A DNA stretch of 25,754 nucleotides from a virus (taxonomy: Duplodnaviria; Caudoviricetes). Below the pieces are notes generated by a model. The model ran no database searches. It was not told the origin of the DNA and saw only the letters and a program-made list of their open reading frames with translations. The position numbers and the translations under genes were made by a program. Below, in pieces: positions 24,839 through 25,754 of this stretch; position 1 is the first letter of the stretch, and every line of letters begins with the position of its first letter. The stretch lies in IMG/VR virus record IMGVR_UViG_3300042360_000358, positions 1-25,754 of that record. One strand, written 5' to 3'.

Positions 24839-25754
24839 ATGAGCAAAAAAATTATTGAATTGCAGGAAAAACGCCTAAAAGCGGTGCACGATGCGCGAGC
24901 TTTGAACGATTCTGTCGCGGCAGAAAAACGCGACATGACGGGCGAAGAGCAGACGCGATTTAATGCGTTTATGTCAGACCAGGAAAAACTGGGACAGGCC
25001 ATTAGGGACGAGCAGCGCCTGCTCGACGCCGAGCGTGAGACCGCAGCAGGCGAGCAGCGCGGCGGCAAAACGACGACCAAAGCAGACGACGGCGCGCCTA
25101 CTGACAAACGCGCCTCCGCAGAGTACGCCGAGGCGTTTGGTGCGTTTCTGCGCGCCGAAAATCAGGCGCATCAACGCGCCCTACAGGCCGATTTAGACAC
25201 GGATGGCGGCTACGTTGTCTCGCCTAAACAGTTTGTGACCGCGCTCATCAAATCCATTGATGATCAGTCATTCGTTCGCCAGAACGCCACCGTCCTGCCG
25301 CTCAACAACGCGGCCAGCCTCGGCGTACCATCGTTGGACGCCGATCCAGCGGATGCGGACTGGACATCGGAATTGGGGACAGGCAACGAGGACGGCGCGA
25401 TGAAGTTCGGAGCGCGCGAATTTAAGCCTTTGCCGCTGGCGAAGCGCATTAAAATTAGCAAAAAATTGCTACGCTCGAGTGCCATCCCAATCGAGCAGCT
25501 CGTGCAGGAGCGTCTCGCGTATAAATTTGCCGTCACCCAAGAAAAGGCCTTTATGCTTGGCAACGGCGCTGGTCAGCCATTAGGATTGTTCGCCGCCTCG
25601 ACAAATGGCATCACAACGGCGCGTGACGTGTCGACTGGCAATACAACAAGCGCGGTCACGATGGACGGTCTGATTAACGCCAAATACTCGCTCAAATCCG
25701 GGTACCTAGCGAATGCCAAATGGCTGTTCCACCGCGACGGCGTGCGCGAGGTGG
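24839..25754 (+). CDS. HK97 family major capsid protein (3' truncated, absent from ORF track)
   Basis: ATG 24839 after GGAG; open to the window end: MSKKIIELQEKR coiled-coil delta domain, DGGYVV.P, ISKKLL.SS, E.AFM.GNG.GQPLGL. Confidence 0.95.
   Translation, partial: MSKKIIELQEKRLKAVHDARALNDSVAAEKRDMTGEEQTRFNAFMSDQEKLGQAIRDEQRLLDAERETAAGEQRGGKTTTKADDGAPTDKRASAEYAEAFGAFLRAENQAHQRALQADLDTDGGYVVSPKQFVTALIKSIDDQSFVRQNATVLPLNNAASLGVPSLDADPADADWTSELGTGNEDGAMKFGAREFKPLPLAKRIKISKKLLRSSAIPIEQLVQERLAYKFAVTQEKAFMLGNGAGQPLGLFAASTNGITTARDVSTGNTTSAVTMDGLINAKYSLKSGYLANAKWLFHRDGVREV

Overview
Most of a small HK97-type, cos-packaging siphophage genome (host Gram-negative, inferred from a nested Rz/Rz1 spanin pair), read from the end of the tape-measure gene round to the major capsid gene. 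Order: GTA-like tail tip (tape measure, DUF2460, DUF2163, NlpC/P60, megatron-like protein with two Ig domains, small tail fibre); an enlarged lysis region (membrane-anchored repeat peptide, three small membrane proteins, DUF5675 putative endolysin, Rz/Rz1); a short leftward early operon (SSB-like, Gp157); divergent promoters with a Cro-like gene but no CI or integrase; about 500 bp of structured non-coding DNA before a DnaT-like and a P-like replication gene; VRR-NUC; a repeat-bounded accessory region; then HNH, cos region, terS, terL, portal, protease and capsid. The two best leads are (1) a 65-aa membrane-anchored precursor carrying two copies of GGPGEGPGGHP that differ only at synonymous sites, coupled to a 4-TM protein at the head of the lysis cassette, a candidate phage peptide-signal or lysis-timing system, and (2) a replication region with no origin-binding domain, preceded by a promoter, a pseudoknotted attenuator, a G6-TA-G7 tract and CAAACAAG repeats, a candidate transcript/R-loop-primed origin. 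All family assignments are from motif recognition by eye; no searches were run.
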